The notes: generated by a model from the letters alone, not told the origin. Positions 9,775 through 20,023 are shown, counted from the stretch's first letter. The stretch is 64,000 nt of DNA from Bacillota bacterium (GCA_050260455.1 JBLNCF010000004.1:15917-79916), one strand, 5' to 3'. Made by a program: numbers and translations.

Positions 9775-11514
9775 ATGAAACGCTTCCTTCCCATTATTCT
9801 GGTACTCGCGTCACTCCCACTTTCAGCCTCGGCTGCATTCAATTATCAATACGTCACAAACACTTACGGCTACATGAGCCGGCAGCAGCCTATTCTCACG
9901 CGTGGTGGTATATATGACTCCTACGGTACGACTATCTACAATACGAGTCCGGCTAACTATAAGCAGATTTGTCTTGATAACTCGGCAGGAGTTTCTGACA
10001 CCTCCACAAAATCCTGTTCCGTCGTGAAGTTCACCTCGGAGCCATGGAGTGGTCCCTGCGGCTGCGCGATAGCTACGCAACTCTGTGGTGGCCCGGGCAG
10101 TACCTGCGGACCGACCTACAACAGCGGGTACGTGCGCATCTTCGATAACCCAGTGTCAGCCTATTCGATCGCAGAATCGCAGGCGCAATGGAACGCGTTC
10201 GTTACCGCGCTCGGAAATGGAACCGCTACTTCCACGCCAGACATGGACGCCAATTACGACGTCTGTAATATCTCGTACGGTACCTCTGACCAGTATCATT
10301 TCGATGCCGGTATCAGCAAATCCAGCAATCAAGGTTGTATGGTTTATCAGCACACGGTGAATGGGCCGCAGCCGCCTACCGCCTCGCTCGCTGCGTATCC
10401 GACAACTATCAACGCAGGCGATGCCTCGGGCCTTTCGTATCAGTGCACCAACTCGACTTCTGCGTCTATTGATAACGGGGTAGGAAGTGTCCCGCCTCCT
10501 TCAGGTTGGCTGCAGGTAACCCCGGCTACCTCCACGACCTATACGCTTACCTGTACGGGATCGGATGGAACGGATACGGCGACTGCTACGGTCACGGTCA
10601 CGGGAACAAGCGCCTTGCCCAATCTCACCGCCGGAGCCGTGACGCCCGTGAGTGCAACCATGGGGACTCCCGTAACCCTCACCGCATCGATAAACAACAC
10701 GAGCGCAACTACGACCGGAACTGGTTTCACCAACCTCTTCCAGCGTGCAACTGATGCGAATGGTACGAACGCATCGGATATCGGCACGAGCGCCTTCTCG
10801 TCTGCGCTCCTGGGCGGCAGTTCGAAGAACGCAACCCTTTCCTATACCTTCCCGACGAGTGGCACGTGGTATGTACGCGTCTGTGCAGACAAGAATGCTG
10901 CCGGAAACAATGGAGTCATTTCGGAATCAAGCGAGACTGATAACTGCGGAAGCTGGACCGCTATCACGGTTGCCGATAGTGCGGCCACGCTCTCGTGCAC
11001 ACCCAATAAGACCAGTATTCAAAGCGGACAGAGCATTACCTGGAGCGCATCGCCGACGAATCTTGGCACCTATACTTGGTCGCCGTCGGAAGGCGGTAGT
11101 ATCTCGGGCGGTGCTTCTTATACGCGCACCTACAACACAGCAGGTGCCTACGGCATGAACGTGACGGCAGGAGGGAAGACCGCCGTGTGTTCAGCGAGCG
11201 GCAATCCGACCGTGACAGTGACCGGAGGCAATTCCTGCACAAACCCTACTGTTTCCATCGCTGCCTCGCCTGATCGTGTGGAGGGTGATGGTACGCACAC
11301 CGTCACGCTCACCGTAACCGGTTCGGGCGTTAGTGCTTCATGTCTCGTAACGGGGCCAAACGGTCTCTCGACTACGCTTTCGGCAAACTCCTGTAACGTT
11401 GCCGGCACGGTGATTAGTAAGCCCATCACCGCTCAAAGCGTCTTTACGGTCACCTGTGGAACTGCGACCGATTCGGTCATCGTTAATATCCTACCCGCCT
11501 ACAAGGAATTCTAG
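9775..11514 (+). CDS. secreted Thr/Ser-rich protein with C-terminal CARDB-like domain, paralog A
   Basis: Start taken at the internal Met (MKRFLPIILVLASLPLSASA, SPase-I type signal). C-terminal ~300 aa (LPNLTAGAVTPVSATMG...VCADKNAAGNNGVISESSETDNCGS...ILPAYKEF) is paralogous to the C-terminus of the 15479..17956 protein. Confidence 0.6.
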   Translation: MKRFLPIILVLASLPLSASAAFNYQYVTNTYGYMSRQQPILTRGGIYDSYGTTIYNTSPANYKQICLDNSAGVSDTSTKSCSVVKFTSEPWSGPCGCAIATQLCGGPGSTCGPTYNSGYVRIFDNPVSAYSIAESQAQWNAFVTALGNGTATSTPDMDANYDVCNISYGTSDQYHFDAGISKSSNQGCMVYQHTVNGPQPPTASLAAYPTTINAGDASGLSYQCTNSTSASIDNGVGSVPPPSGWLQVTPATSTTYTLTCTGSDGTDTATATVTVTGTSALPNLTAGAVTPVSATMGTPVTLTASINNTSATTTGTGFTNLFQRATDANGTNASDIGTSAFSSALLGGSSKNATLSYTFPTSGTWYVRVCADKNAAGNNGVISESSETDNCGSWTAITVADSAATLSCTPNKTSIQSGQSITWSASPTNLGTYTWSPSEGGSISGGASYTRTYNTAGAYGMNVTAGGKTAVCSASGNPTVTVTGGNSCTNPTVSIAASPDRVEGDGTHTVTLTVTGSGVSASCLVTGPNGLSTTLSANSCNVAGTVISKPITAQSVFTVTCGTATDSVIVNILPAYKEF

Positions 11515-11556
11515 TGATGGGGAAAGGGGAGTTCACGCTCCTGGTAGTATGAGCGC

Positions 11557-12456
11557 ATGGCGCAGGTAGCGCAGGCACAGGTAATTACCATCGGGACATT
11601 TGCGTTCCGGCGCGAGACGTACGAACGTCTTGCTATCGGTGCCACAACGCTTGTGTTACTTGCTGTGCTTCCCGCACGCTACTTCTTCCTCTCTTTTGTG
11701 ATGCTAGGGCAGGGGCATTTCCTCATGACCTATCTCTATCAATGGAAGGGAGGAAAGATCGGGTGGCGTTATCTCGCACTGTATGTGCCAGCCCTTCTCC
11801 TCTTGGGATACTTGGCCACCTATGTGATTCCACTTCCAGCACTTCTTCTCGTTACCGGATCGGTGTTCGCACTCCATTTCTTCTATGATGAGGCCCGCCT
11901 GTATGCGCGTGACAATTCGATATCCTTAGGCGTCGTATGGTATCCCGCTCTGCTCTTTTTTCTCGTACTCGTAAAGCTGGTGTACGGAATCGATGTGTTC
12001 CCGGCAATCATTATCGGTACGCTTCTGTTCATTCTTCAAACTGCCCGTCAGGAAGGGAAGCCAGAACCGCATTCATCAACTCATCGGTATATGCTCGTGT
12101 TCGCCACCTTTCTACTTGTACTTCTTCTTGCTCCAGCGTTCATGTCGCCGACCGCGGTACTCGGTGCCATTATTCTGTATCACTACATGAGTTGGTATGT
12201 GCACTATTTCTTCCGTCTTAGAGATGCGGGACGACCGCTTCGTCCCTACCTGGTGAATGGGGTGACTGTAAACGTTGTGGTCATAGCGCTGTTTATCGGA
12301 TTCATGGTGCTCTCGGGCCCGGGTCAGAATGCGCTTGGACTTATTTTTGGGGAGCAGTACTTCTATGTGTGGACGCTCCTGCATATTCTCTTTGCATCTA
12401 ATGAATTTATGACAGCACTCCGTGCCCAAGTGTTTGCCCGCGCACAGATGGCATGA
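11557..12456 (+). CDS. polytopic integral membrane protein (about 8 TM), function unknown
   Basis: 299 aa, almost entirely hydrophobic helices. Stop overlaps the start of the downstream Lnt-like gene (ATGA), which suggests co-translation. Confidence 0.55.
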   Translation: MAQVAQAQVITIGTFAFRRETYERLAIGATTLVLLAVLPARYFFLSFVMLGQGHFLMTYLYQWKGGKIGWRYLALYVPALLLLGYLATYVIPLPALLLVTGSVFALHFFYDEARLYARDNSISLGVVWYPALLFFLVLVKLVYGIDVFPAIIIGTLLFILQTARQEGKPEPHSSTHRYMLVFATFLLVLLLAPAFMSPTAVLGAIILYHYMSWYVHYFFRLRDAGRPLRPYLVNGVTVNVVVIALFIGFMVLSGPGQNALGLIFGEQYFYVWTLLHILFASNEFMTALRAQVFARAQMA

Positions 12457-13949
12457 GGAGTGGTCGCCTACACCAGTTCGTCTGCCAGCCTCTCGTACTC
12501 GGTCTTCTTTCGGGGGTATTGCTAGCGCTCGCTGCGCGTGTGCCCGGAGCGTGGCCTCTCTCGTTCATTGCGCTCGTGCCGGCATATATCGCGGTAGCAC
12601 AAGCACCGTCTGGTAGGGTAGTGTTCCTCTCCGGATTCGTAACTGGTCTGCCCATGATGGGAGCGGCCATCTGGTGGCTTTTTGATGCACTCCCGCTGCC
12701 ACCTGCCTTCGGCACCATTCCGCCATGGCTCGGCCTCGCCACGGTCGGTACCAGCTTTGTTATCCTCACGCTCGCTTTTGCGGCAGTGGTAGGACTTTGG
12801 GCACTGTTTTCCTATGCCATCCGAGCCTGGCGATATGGCTTACTTGCGATGGCACTCTCATGGCTCGCGTTCGAATACCTGCGCATGGTGGTATACAACC
12901 TACTCACTTTTGCGCCGCACATTGATAACGCACCCTTTTTCTCATCCGGCTTCGTGGGGTATCCGCTTGCCGACAGTATGGGCTGGGTACAGCTTGCTGC
13001 GGTGGGCGGCGTGTATACGCTCGGGACGGTTGTGGTGCTCGGGAATGCGCTCGCATATCGCATCGTGCGTTCCCGTCAGCGGAGAGTGGCATCCGGTATC
13101 GCGATGGCACTCATCATTCTTCTCGTGCACGTCGTTCCTATTGCTGCGATTCGTAGCGCCGCCTTTCCTGACATGCCTCGTCACCGTATTACCGTAGCTG
13201 CACTTTCTTTGCGAACCCCCGCGAATGCCGATCCAGAAGTGCGCGTGCCGGTAGAGGCAACGATGGTCGAATTCGTGCGGCGCGCATCTGATGCAGGTGC
13301 GGATCTCATCGCACTTCCAGAAGAATCTAATTTCCTTGCGCCGTTCTCGACACGAACACCCAATAGTGTGTTGGGGGATCGACATCGTTCGGCCATTATC
13401 GATTCAGGAACAGCACTCCTCGAGGACGGCACACGGGTGAGACGCGCACAGGCTCCAGACACGCTCGGCTTCAATACGGGACTGCTACAGGACAAACGCA
13501 TTCTCACTCCGAAGGGGGAATACTTGCCGACGCTGCTTTCCGGAATCATTACTACCCTCGGTGGTGGACAGTATCTCGATCGATTTGCAGCTAAGAGAAA
13601 CTATTCGATAGGGAAGGTAGAGATTCCGGGTACCATTGCGGGCGTGAAGTTCTCGGTGCTGCTCTGTATCGAGACCATGGAGCCTGGCCTGGGGCGAGAG
13701 GTAGTAAGAGCGCAGGGAAGCGAAATCCTTGCAGTGCTTGCATCGCATGCTTGGTTCGGTACCTCACCGTTTCTCATACAGGACACGTTTAGGCAGGCGC
13801 GTATCCAAGCCGTGGAAGCCCATGTGCCGGTCGTGCGTTCTGCTGATTTCGCTCCTGCCTACGTATTCGATGCGTACGGCCGCGTGGTGGCCTCCGGCGG
13901 ATTTGGGCCAGATCCAGACCTGGCCGTAGCTACGCTTTCCATACCGTAA
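12453..13949 (+). CDS. lnt: apolipoprotein N-acyltransferase-like protein (membrane domain + CN-hydrolase domain)
   Basis: 498 aa. N-terminal ~230 aa with multiple TM helices. C-terminal nitrilase-fold domain with Lnt-like triad contexts LIALPEES (Glu), KRILTPKGEYLP (Lys, compare Lnt K-x-hLVPFGEY-P) and VLLCIETM (Cys). Confidence 0.6.
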   Translation: MRSGRLHQFVCQPLVLGLLSGVLLALAARVPGAWPLSFIALVPAYIAVAQAPSGRVVFLSGFVTGLPMMGAAIWWLFDALPLPPAFGTIPPWLGLATVGTSFVILTLAFAAVVGLWALFSYAIRAWRYGLLAMALSWLAFEYLRMVVYNLLTFAPHIDNAPFFSSGFVGYPLADSMGWVQLAAVGGVYTLGTVVVLGNALAYRIVRSRQRRVASGIAMALIILLVHVVPIAAIRSAAFPDMPRHRITVAALSLRTPANADPEVRVPVEATMVEFVRRASDAGADLIALPEESNFLAPFSTRTPNSVLGDRHRSAIIDSGTALLEDGTRVRRAQAPDTLGFNTGLLQDKRILTPKGEYLPTLLSGIITTLGGGQYLDRFAAKRNYSIGKVEIPGTIAGVKFSVLLCIETMEPGLGREVVRAQGSEILAVLASHAWFGTSPFLIQDTFRQARIQAVEAHVPVVRSADFAPAYVFDAYGRVVASGGFGPDPDLAVATLSIP

Positions 13950-13955
13950 CTCAAT

Positions 13956-15482
13956 GTGGATAGTCTAGGAATTAAGCCGGTTTTGAATGGTACTCTGCAT
14001 GTAATGCGCGCAGTCGCTCGATTTTCCCTCGTTCTCTCACTTGTCGTCGCCGTCGCGTTCCCCTGCGCCACCTTGGCAGAAGGCACGTCCACCCCAGTAC
14101 TCGATGCACGAGGAACTCCGTATTACCCTCCATCAACACAGAAGGTCAATCTGACTGCGCAAGCGGCTTCCGCGGTAAAACCCCAAGCGACTTCGACTAC
14201 TCGCGTCGACACCGCCGGGCTCACCTCTTGTTTCGATTACTACAAATTCAACAGTACGCCAGTTGTTGTCTCCGCAGATCTCTCTTCGGTCATCGCCGGT
14301 GCGCCGCTCGGCGTAACTCTTACCGTTACCAACGAGAATCCGTATCCTATTGTCGATGCGAAGGTGTATGTGAAAGTGATGCGCTATGGATACGCCAAGG
14401 GAGAAAAGAATGTGAATGCTCCTGACATTGTCGATTTCTTCCCGGCTGGCGATCCGGTCAGTATCCCTGCAGGAGGACACGTAAACCTTTCGACTGCATG
14501 GCAGGTACCGCAGGATGCCGAAGCAGGTGACTACATGATGGCTGCATACGTTGTCTCGGCGGACCGGTTCGAGATGGAAGGTCTCACATTCACGGATGAT
14601 GTGATCGGCAGCGCATTCAATTTCCATGTCGTAAACGATACGAAGGGATCGGTTCGCTTTGATAAGAACTCTGCAACGGTGCTTAACCAGCCGTTCCGCT
14701 TCGCTGCATATCCGCCACGCATCCCTTCAAATACTAAAGATGTTCCAGTCGGCATCGACGTGGTAAACACCACGCCGCTTCCTGTCACCGAGGAAGTCAC
14801 CTGGACGCTGTATAAGTGGGATGCACTTCGTGCCGACCAGGCACTTGATCGCAAAACGGAGACCGTCACGGTCCCGGGTAATGGACGCGTGCATGTTGCG
14901 TACACCGTTACGGATACCAACCACTCCGTGTACTACCTTCTGGGAGCGGTGCGTTCCGCCGGAGGATCCTCATCGCTCGCAGGCATTCGCTTTGTTCGTG
15001 GCGATGTAAACGAACCACGTCTCAATTATGTCGGTGTAACCGGCTATCCGGCAGGGAAGGGCATATCAGCATTCGCCTGTGTACACAGTACGGGCCCGGG
15101 AACCGCAGAGAATACGAAGCTTGAGCTCGTAGCTACTCGACCTTCATTCTTCGGAATCGGTGGAACTCTCGCAAAGAAAACATATCAGGGACCGGCAGCA
15201 GGAGACATTCGTGCGCTTGTTGTGCCGTTCTCAGGTAGTGCAGACTCGTTCGCCGTGACCGCTCGATTGTTCCAGAATGGAGTTCTGGTCGACCAGGTAA
15301 CAGAGAACTATAGCTGCGCTGATCTCTCTCCTGACAGCTGTGCGAAGCGAACGATTCCGCTCGTGCCGCTTGCGATCGGTCTCGGAGCGTTCGTTATTAT
15401 CGTGATCGTTGCAGCGTTCATTATCATCCGCCGCAAGAAAGCGCCTGCTACACCCGTGACTACCGTACCGCCTACTGTATGA
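13956..15482 (+). CDS. cell-surface protein with CARDB/DUF11-like beta domains and C-terminal TM anchor
   Basis: 508 aa. N-terminal signal, repeated LTVTNENP-type beta-sandwich segments. C-terminus IPLVPLAIGLGAFVIIVIVAAFIIIRRKK is a hydrophobic helix plus basic tail. Confidence 0.55.
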   Translation: MDSLGIKPVLNGTLHVMRAVARFSLVLSLVVAVAFPCATLAEGTSTPVLDARGTPYYPPSTQKVNLTAQAASAVKPQATSTTRVDTAGLTSCFDYYKFNSTPVVVSADLSSVIAGAPLGVTLTVTNENPYPIVDAKVYVKVMRYGYAKGEKNVNAPDIVDFFPAGDPVSIPAGGHVNLSTAWQVPQDAEAGDYMMAAYVVSADRFEMEGLTFTDDVIGSAFNFHVVNDTKGSVRFDKNSATVLNQPFRFAAYPPRIPSNTKDVPVGIDVVNTTPLPVTEEVTWTLYKWDALRADQALDRKTETVTVPGNGRVHVAYTVTDTNHSVYYLLGAVRSAGGSSSLAGIRFVRGDVNEPRLNYVGVTGYPAGKGISAFACVHSTGPGTAENTKLELVATRPSFFGIGGTLAKKTYQGPAAGDIRALVVPFSGSADSFAVTARLFQNGVLVDQVTENYSCADLSPDSCAKRTIPLVPLAIGLGAFVIIVIVAAFIIIRRKKAPATPVTTVPPTV

Positions 15483-17956
15483 AACAAACCACCATCTCCC
15501 TCTTCTCATGTCTTGTAGCGCTCGCGGTGTTCGGTGGCATTGCGCATTTCGCTGATGCGGGAGGCGCAGGAACAGGAAACCAGTGGACAGGATCTCCATA
15601 CCAGAACACCAGCCTTGGTACGTACCAGCCGACCACTACAGTCTCCGGTGACGCCACCTGGAGTACGACTTTAACGGGAGTGCATCTTGCATACGCATGG
15701 AATCGCTGGACCTTGTCCGGTAAACATCCAGAGTGTTTCAGTGGTCAGACAGGGAACTTCTCGAGCGACACCATGAACTCAACCTGTGTCTCTGGTTTCG
15801 TCGAAGCGGGCTCCAATATTGCCGTCACGATCAATCAAGAAGCACGTATTTATGACGCCACCACAGGTGCAGCTATTTCTAATAACGCGACCCTGCAGCC
15901 GGGTCAGACCCTACGTCTCGAATTCAAGAAACTTGTACCGGAAAACATTCAGTGGTTTGTGACTGGCTCATCGCTTGATTCGCCGTACGGTGAATGGCGC
16001 ACCAGTGCTGCAGCACCGCCTCGCGTGTACTCAAGCAACGGAGGGATATCCGCAAATCACGTAACCTGCAACATTCGCGATTATGCCAACTCCATCGACA
16101 TCCAGGACACCTCTCGTCACGAGGGCTGTATGGAGCAACTCCGTGAGAATGCTGCCAATGCTGGATTCGCGTGTAAGACATATGGCACGGATGGTGCTGG
16201 CAACCAGGTGTGTGACGAGTACTGGTATTACTACGGGGGTCAGTTGATGTATAAAGCGACTGCAGACAATTTCTGTAACTCGAATGGCTACACAGCAGGA
16301 AGTCAGTTCAAGTTCGATGTGTATGCACCGCTCGAGATAAATCCCCCCACGCGTACGCTTACCACCGGCGGGCTCACCTGTACCTCCGCTGCCGCTGACA
16401 GCGATAGCGATCTTGCGTGGACTTGTACGGTGCCGAATTCACCGGGTACGACACTCTCACCGAAGTTCAACTACAGTTCCACCTACGGATACTTCTACTA
16501 TCGGTACTACGACTACCGCAACATGAACTATAGCGGCGAGTCGGGAAGTAACGCGGACAACTACGGCACGGCAGGATGTTATGGCAATAACATTGCGCTC
16601 TACAAGATCCGAGACAATGTCGTAAACGATCCTAATTACAATCCGGTGAACGAATACGGCCTGCATGTGGGTGATGTGGAAAGCTCCCCGTACCAGCTCA
16701 CCGTTCCTGCCATGAATGTGCCGTTCACTTTCACGGTCGCCACCCCGAACTCACCGCCGACGGCTCCGACCATTACTGGACCCACTACGGGCACGACCGC
16801 AACCAACTACACCTTCACGCTCACCAGTACCGATCCAGACAACGACACTATCCGTTATGGAGTCGATTGGAACAGCGACGGCACGCTCGATCAGTGGGTT
16901 CCTGCATCCGGCTATGTCACAAGTGGCACATCGCAGAACGCAGTGAAGCAATGGGCAAGCACGGGTTCAGTAACCTTCAAGGCACTCGCGCAGGATTCCA
17001 ACGGCAATAATTCGGGTTGGACGTCGTATACCATCACTATTCAGTCACTCCCTGACCTGACAGTGACCAGTGTAGGACCGGTCAGCGCGACGGCCGGCGT
17101 ACCGGTGACACTTACCGCGACGATAGCGAACATCGGCGCCGGCAGCACCGGCACAGGTTTCACCGATCTTTTCCAACGCGCCACCGATGCTTCGGGCGCG
17201 AACGCCACTGACATCGGCACGTACGCGTCGGGAGCGCTCGCGGGCAACAGCTCAAACACAGCGACTCTTTCCTACACCTTCCCCGCGTCCGGCACGGATA
17301 CCACATGGTACGTTCGCGTGTGCGCCGATAAGAGTTCGGCGGGAAATGCGGGAGTGATCACCGAATCGAACGAGAACAATAACTGCGCAGGCGCTTCCGG
17401 CGGCAATTGGACGCAGGTCACGGTGGGTGGTGTGAACCTGACTTGCTCCGCGAGCCCGACTACCATCACGGCACCGGCAAACTCCACATGGACCGCATCG
17501 CCTTCGAATCTGGGCACCTACACCTGGGCGCCGTCTGAAGGCGGCAGTGTCTCTACCGCAAGCAATACGTATACCCGAACGTACAGCACGAAGGGACAAT
17601 ACGGTATGAGCGTCACCGCCGGCGGTCAGACGGCTGCGTGCACCAATTACGTGACGGCCGGACCTATCTGCACCAGCCCATCCGTTTCGATAACCGCCTC
17701 TCCGGATCGCGTGGTGGGGGATGGAACGCATCGGGCCACCCTCACGATAACCGGCACGGGCATTGGCAGTGCCTGTACGATCACCGGCCCTGGCACTTCC
17801 TTCCCGCAGAATCCCGCGCCGCCTGCCAACTCGTGCAATCTCTCCACGACCATCACGACCGATCCGATCACCGCCCAGAGCACCTACACGGTGACGTGCG
17901 GCACTGCCTCCGACTCGGTGATCGTGAACGTGATACCGAAGTTCGAGGAATTCTAG
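15479..17956 (+). CDS. large secreted protein, CARDB-like C-terminal domain, paralog B
   Basis: 825 aa. Signal peptide, unique N-terminal ~500 aa, then C-terminal ~300 aa about 55-60% identical to paralog A (LPDLTVTSVGPVSATAGVPVTL...VCADKSSAGNAGVITESNENNNCAG...VIPKFEEF). Overlaps the upstream gene by 4 nt. Confidence 0.6.
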   Translation: MKQTTISLFSCLVALAVFGGIAHFADAGGAGTGNQWTGSPYQNTSLGTYQPTTTVSGDATWSTTLTGVHLAYAWNRWTLSGKHPECFSGQTGNFSSDTMNSTCVSGFVEAGSNIAVTINQEARIYDATTGAAISNNATLQPGQTLRLEFKKLVPENIQWFVTGSSLDSPYGEWRTSAAAPPRVYSSNGGISANHVTCNIRDYANSIDIQDTSRHEGCMEQLRENAANAGFACKTYGTDGAGNQVCDEYWYYYGGQLMYKATADNFCNSNGYTAGSQFKFDVYAPLEINPPTRTLTTGGLTCTSAAADSDSDLAWTCTVPNSPGTTLSPKFNYSSTYGYFYYRYYDYRNMNYSGESGSNADNYGTAGCYGNNIALYKIRDNVVNDPNYNPVNEYGLHVGDVESSPYQLTVPAMNVPFTFTVATPNSPPTAPTITGPTTGTTATNYTFTLTSTDPDNDTIRYGVDWNSDGTLDQWVPASGYVTSGTSQNAVKQWASTGSVTFKALAQDSNGNNSGWTSYTITIQSLPDLTVTSVGPVSATAGVPVTLTATIANIGAGSTGTGFTDLFQRATDASGANATDIGTYASGALAGNSSNTATLSYTFPASGTDTTWYVRVCADKSSAGNAGVITESNENNNCAGASGGNWTQVTVGGVNLTCSASPTTITAPANSTWTASPSNLGTYTWAPSEGGSVSTASNTYTRTYSTKGQYGMSVTAGGQTAACTNYVTAGPICTSPSVSITASPDRVVGDGTHRATLTITGTGIGSACTITGPGTSFPQNPAPPANSCNLSTTITTDPITAQSTYTVTCGTASDSVIVNVIPKFEEF

Positions 17957-17967
17957 TCCCGCTCCCA

Positions 17968-18010
17968 GAAACGGGCCCGGATTTGCCGGGCCCGTTTCCG
18001 TTTGGTATAG
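17968..18010 (+). terminator. intrinsic terminator after the surface-protein operon
   Basis: gaaacgggcccgg-attt-gccgggcccgtttc then CGUUUGG. Confidence 0.55.
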
Positions 18011-18020
18011 TCGGGGGACA

Positions 18021-18272
18021 ATGAAAAAGGACACACATCCGGCCGACTACCGCACTGTGCTCTTCGAGGACATGTCCTCGGGGGAGCAGTTCCTTATCGG
18101 CTCGACCATCCGTACGACCGAGACGGGCACGTACCAGGGCAAGGAATACCCGAAGTACGTCGTCGAGATCTCGAGCGCGTCGCACCCGTTCTACACGGGC
18201 GAGGACCGCACGCTCGATAAGACGGGACGGGTGGAGCGCTTCAAGCAGCGCGCCGCTAAGGCAAAGAAGTAA
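18021..18272 (+). CDS. rpmE: 50S ribosomal protein L31
   Basis: 83 aa. MKKDTHPADY...HPFYTG is the L31 signature. Confidence 0.9.
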   Translation: MKKDTHPADYRTVLFEDMSSGEQFLIGSTIRTTETGTYQGKEYPKYVVEISSASHPFYTGEDRTLDKTGRVERFKQRAAKAKK

Positions 18273-18283
18273 CGCTCTAATGA

Positions 18284-18330
18284 CACACGCGCCCTGCGTT
18301 CTGCAGGGCGCGTGTGCGTTATTATCTCTT
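18284..18330 (+). terminator. intrinsic terminator after rpmE
   Basis: cacacgcgccctgc-gttc-tgcagggcgcgtgtg followed by cgttattatctcttt. Confidence 0.7.
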
Positions 18331-18331
18331 T

Positions 18332-19285
18332 ATGGAATATTCCCCCGAACTCAAGAATAACCACGCGACCCGCTATCTGGCGGAGGAATACGAGCGTCTG
18401 GAGGAAGAGCGGGTATCCTCAAGGGAAGCGGCAGGAGAGGACGCGCTCCTTCTTGAGATGGCGGAGGAGGATGATATTCGCATCCGTGCGCGTCAGGAAG
18501 AGATCCTCGCAGACATCGAGCGCATCCTTACTCGGGAGAAGGAAGAGGAATCGAAGCCTAAAGCGGTGGTGCTCGAATTCCGTGCAGCGGCAGGTGGCGA
18601 CGAGGCATCCCTCTTCGCATCCGAGCTTCGGGACATGTACCTCAAGTACGCGGAAGGGAAGCGCTGGCGCGTACGCATCGTGGACGACATGACGCTTGAG
18701 ATCGACAGTCCGGAGGCATACGACGCGCTTCGGTACGAGACGGGCGTGCACCGAGTGCAGCGCGTTCCGGTCACCGAAAAATCGGGACGTATCCATACCT
18801 CAACTGCTTCCGTGGCTGCGCTCCCGATTCGTCAGAAACCGGTAGTCGAAATCAATCCGGCCGATATTGAAATGGAGTTCACACGTTCCGGAGGTGCAGG
18901 CGGACAGAACGTGAACAAAGTGGAAACAGCGGTACGTCTCATTCACAAGCCCACGGGCATTGATGTGCGCTCTTCAAGTGAACGGTCGCAGCTCGCAAAC
19001 CGCGAAAAAGCGATGCAGATCCTTGCGGCAAAGCTCGAAACCATCGCGGTAGAGGAAGAAGCAAAGAAGCATGCTGATCTGCGTAGCGGGCAGATCGGCA
19101 CGGGAGACCGTTCCGAGAAGATCCGTACCTATAACTTCCTCCAGGATCGCATCACCGACCATCGTCTCAAGGAAAGCTGGCATAACCTGCCGAAGATCAT
19201 GCTCGGGAATATCGATCCTATCGTGGAGGCGCTCCAGGTGGCAGCAGCTGGGGGTGGGGTAGGACCTGCCGAGGATGCGGATTGA
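18332..19285 (+). CDS. prfA: peptide chain release factor 1
   Basis: GGQ motif ([18 protein letters not shown]). Tripeptide-anticodon region [21 protein letters not shown] is RF1-like (PxT). The track ORF starts at 18314 inside the rpmE terminator hairpin, so the likely start is the downstream Met. Confidence 0.82.
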   Translation: MEYSPELKNNHATRYLAEEYERLEEERVSSREAAGEDALLLEMAEEDDIRIRARQEEILADIERILTREKEEESKPKAVVLEFRAAAGGDEASLFASELRDMYLKYAEGKRWRVRIVDDMTLEIDSPEAYDALRYETGVHRVQRVPVTEKSGRIHTSTASVAALPIRQKPVVEINPADIEMEFTRSGGAGGQNVNKVETAVRLIHKPTGIDVRSSSERSQLANREKAMQILAAKLETIAVEEEAKKHADLRSGQIGTGDRSEKIRTYNFLQDRITDHRLKESWHNLPKIMLGNIDPIVEALQVAAAGGGVGPAEDAD

Positions 19286-19319
19286 ACGCCAAAACGTCTT
19301 GTGTTAGGCTAGGGGAACT

Positions 19320-20021
19320 ATGAGTACGAATACGACTACTGGCCCAGGAGTGGCCCGTCTCTTTGAGGCGGGCGCGCATTTTGCGCAGGTGAAGAGCCGC
19401 CGTCACCCGTCTATGCGCTCCTATGTGCTGGGTGCTAAGGGCGCGGTTGAGATCTTCGATCTCAAGAAAACCGATGAGCAGCTTGCTGCTGCAAAAACCG
19501 CTATCGCTGCGCTTGCACGCGACGGTAAGACCGTTCTGTTTGTAGGTGGCAAACGCGAAGCTTCCGATGCCGTTCGTGAGATCGGCAAGCGCCTCGCACA
19601 GCCGTTCGTCGCGGGCCGTTGGCTCGGTGGTACCATCTCCAACTTCCCGGAGATTAAGAAGCGTATTGATCGCCTCGCCGATCTTTCCGAGAAACGCCAG
19701 TCCGGTGAACTCAACAAGATTTACACAAAGCTTGAGCGCATCCGCATCGATCGTGAGATTGGTCGTCTTGAGGAGCGCCTCGAGGGTTTGAAGACCCTTT
19801 CGAAGCGTCCTGACGCCATGGTCATTGTGGACCCCCGCCATGAGGCGCATGCAACCAAGGAGGCCAAGCAGGCCGGCATCCCCGTCATCGGCGTGATGAG
19901 CTCTGACTGCGACGTGAAGGATGCTGCCTACCCGATCGTCACTAATGACGCATCTCGTGGAGTGATTTCCCTCGTGCTCAACGAGCTCGCCGATGCCTTC
20001 GAGGCAGGGCAGCGCGCTTAA
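19320..20021 (+). CDS. rpsB: 30S ribosomal protein S2
   Basis: 233 aa. LEAGAHFG-type N-terminus (here LFEAGAHFAQ) and VDPRHE...GIPVIGV core. Canonical rpsB-tsf pair. Confidence 0.95.
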   Translation: MSTNTTTGPGVARLFEAGAHFAQVKSRRHPSMRSYVLGAKGAVEIFDLKKTDEQLAAAKTAIAALARDGKTVLFVGGKREASDAVREIGKRLAQPFVAGRWLGGTISNFPEIKKRIDRLADLSEKRQSGELNKIYTKLERIRIDREIGRLEERLEGLKTLSKRPDAMVIVDPRHEAHATKEAKQAGIPVIGVMSSDCDVKDAAYPIVTNDASRGVISLVLNELADAFEAGQRA

Positions 20022-20023
20022 CG

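Noticed and set aside
17252-18034. 260-aa minus-strand ORF overlapping the end of the 825-aa surface gene and the L31 gene
   Set aside because: Gly/Arg-rich translation of the antisense strand. Crosses a terminator. No support.
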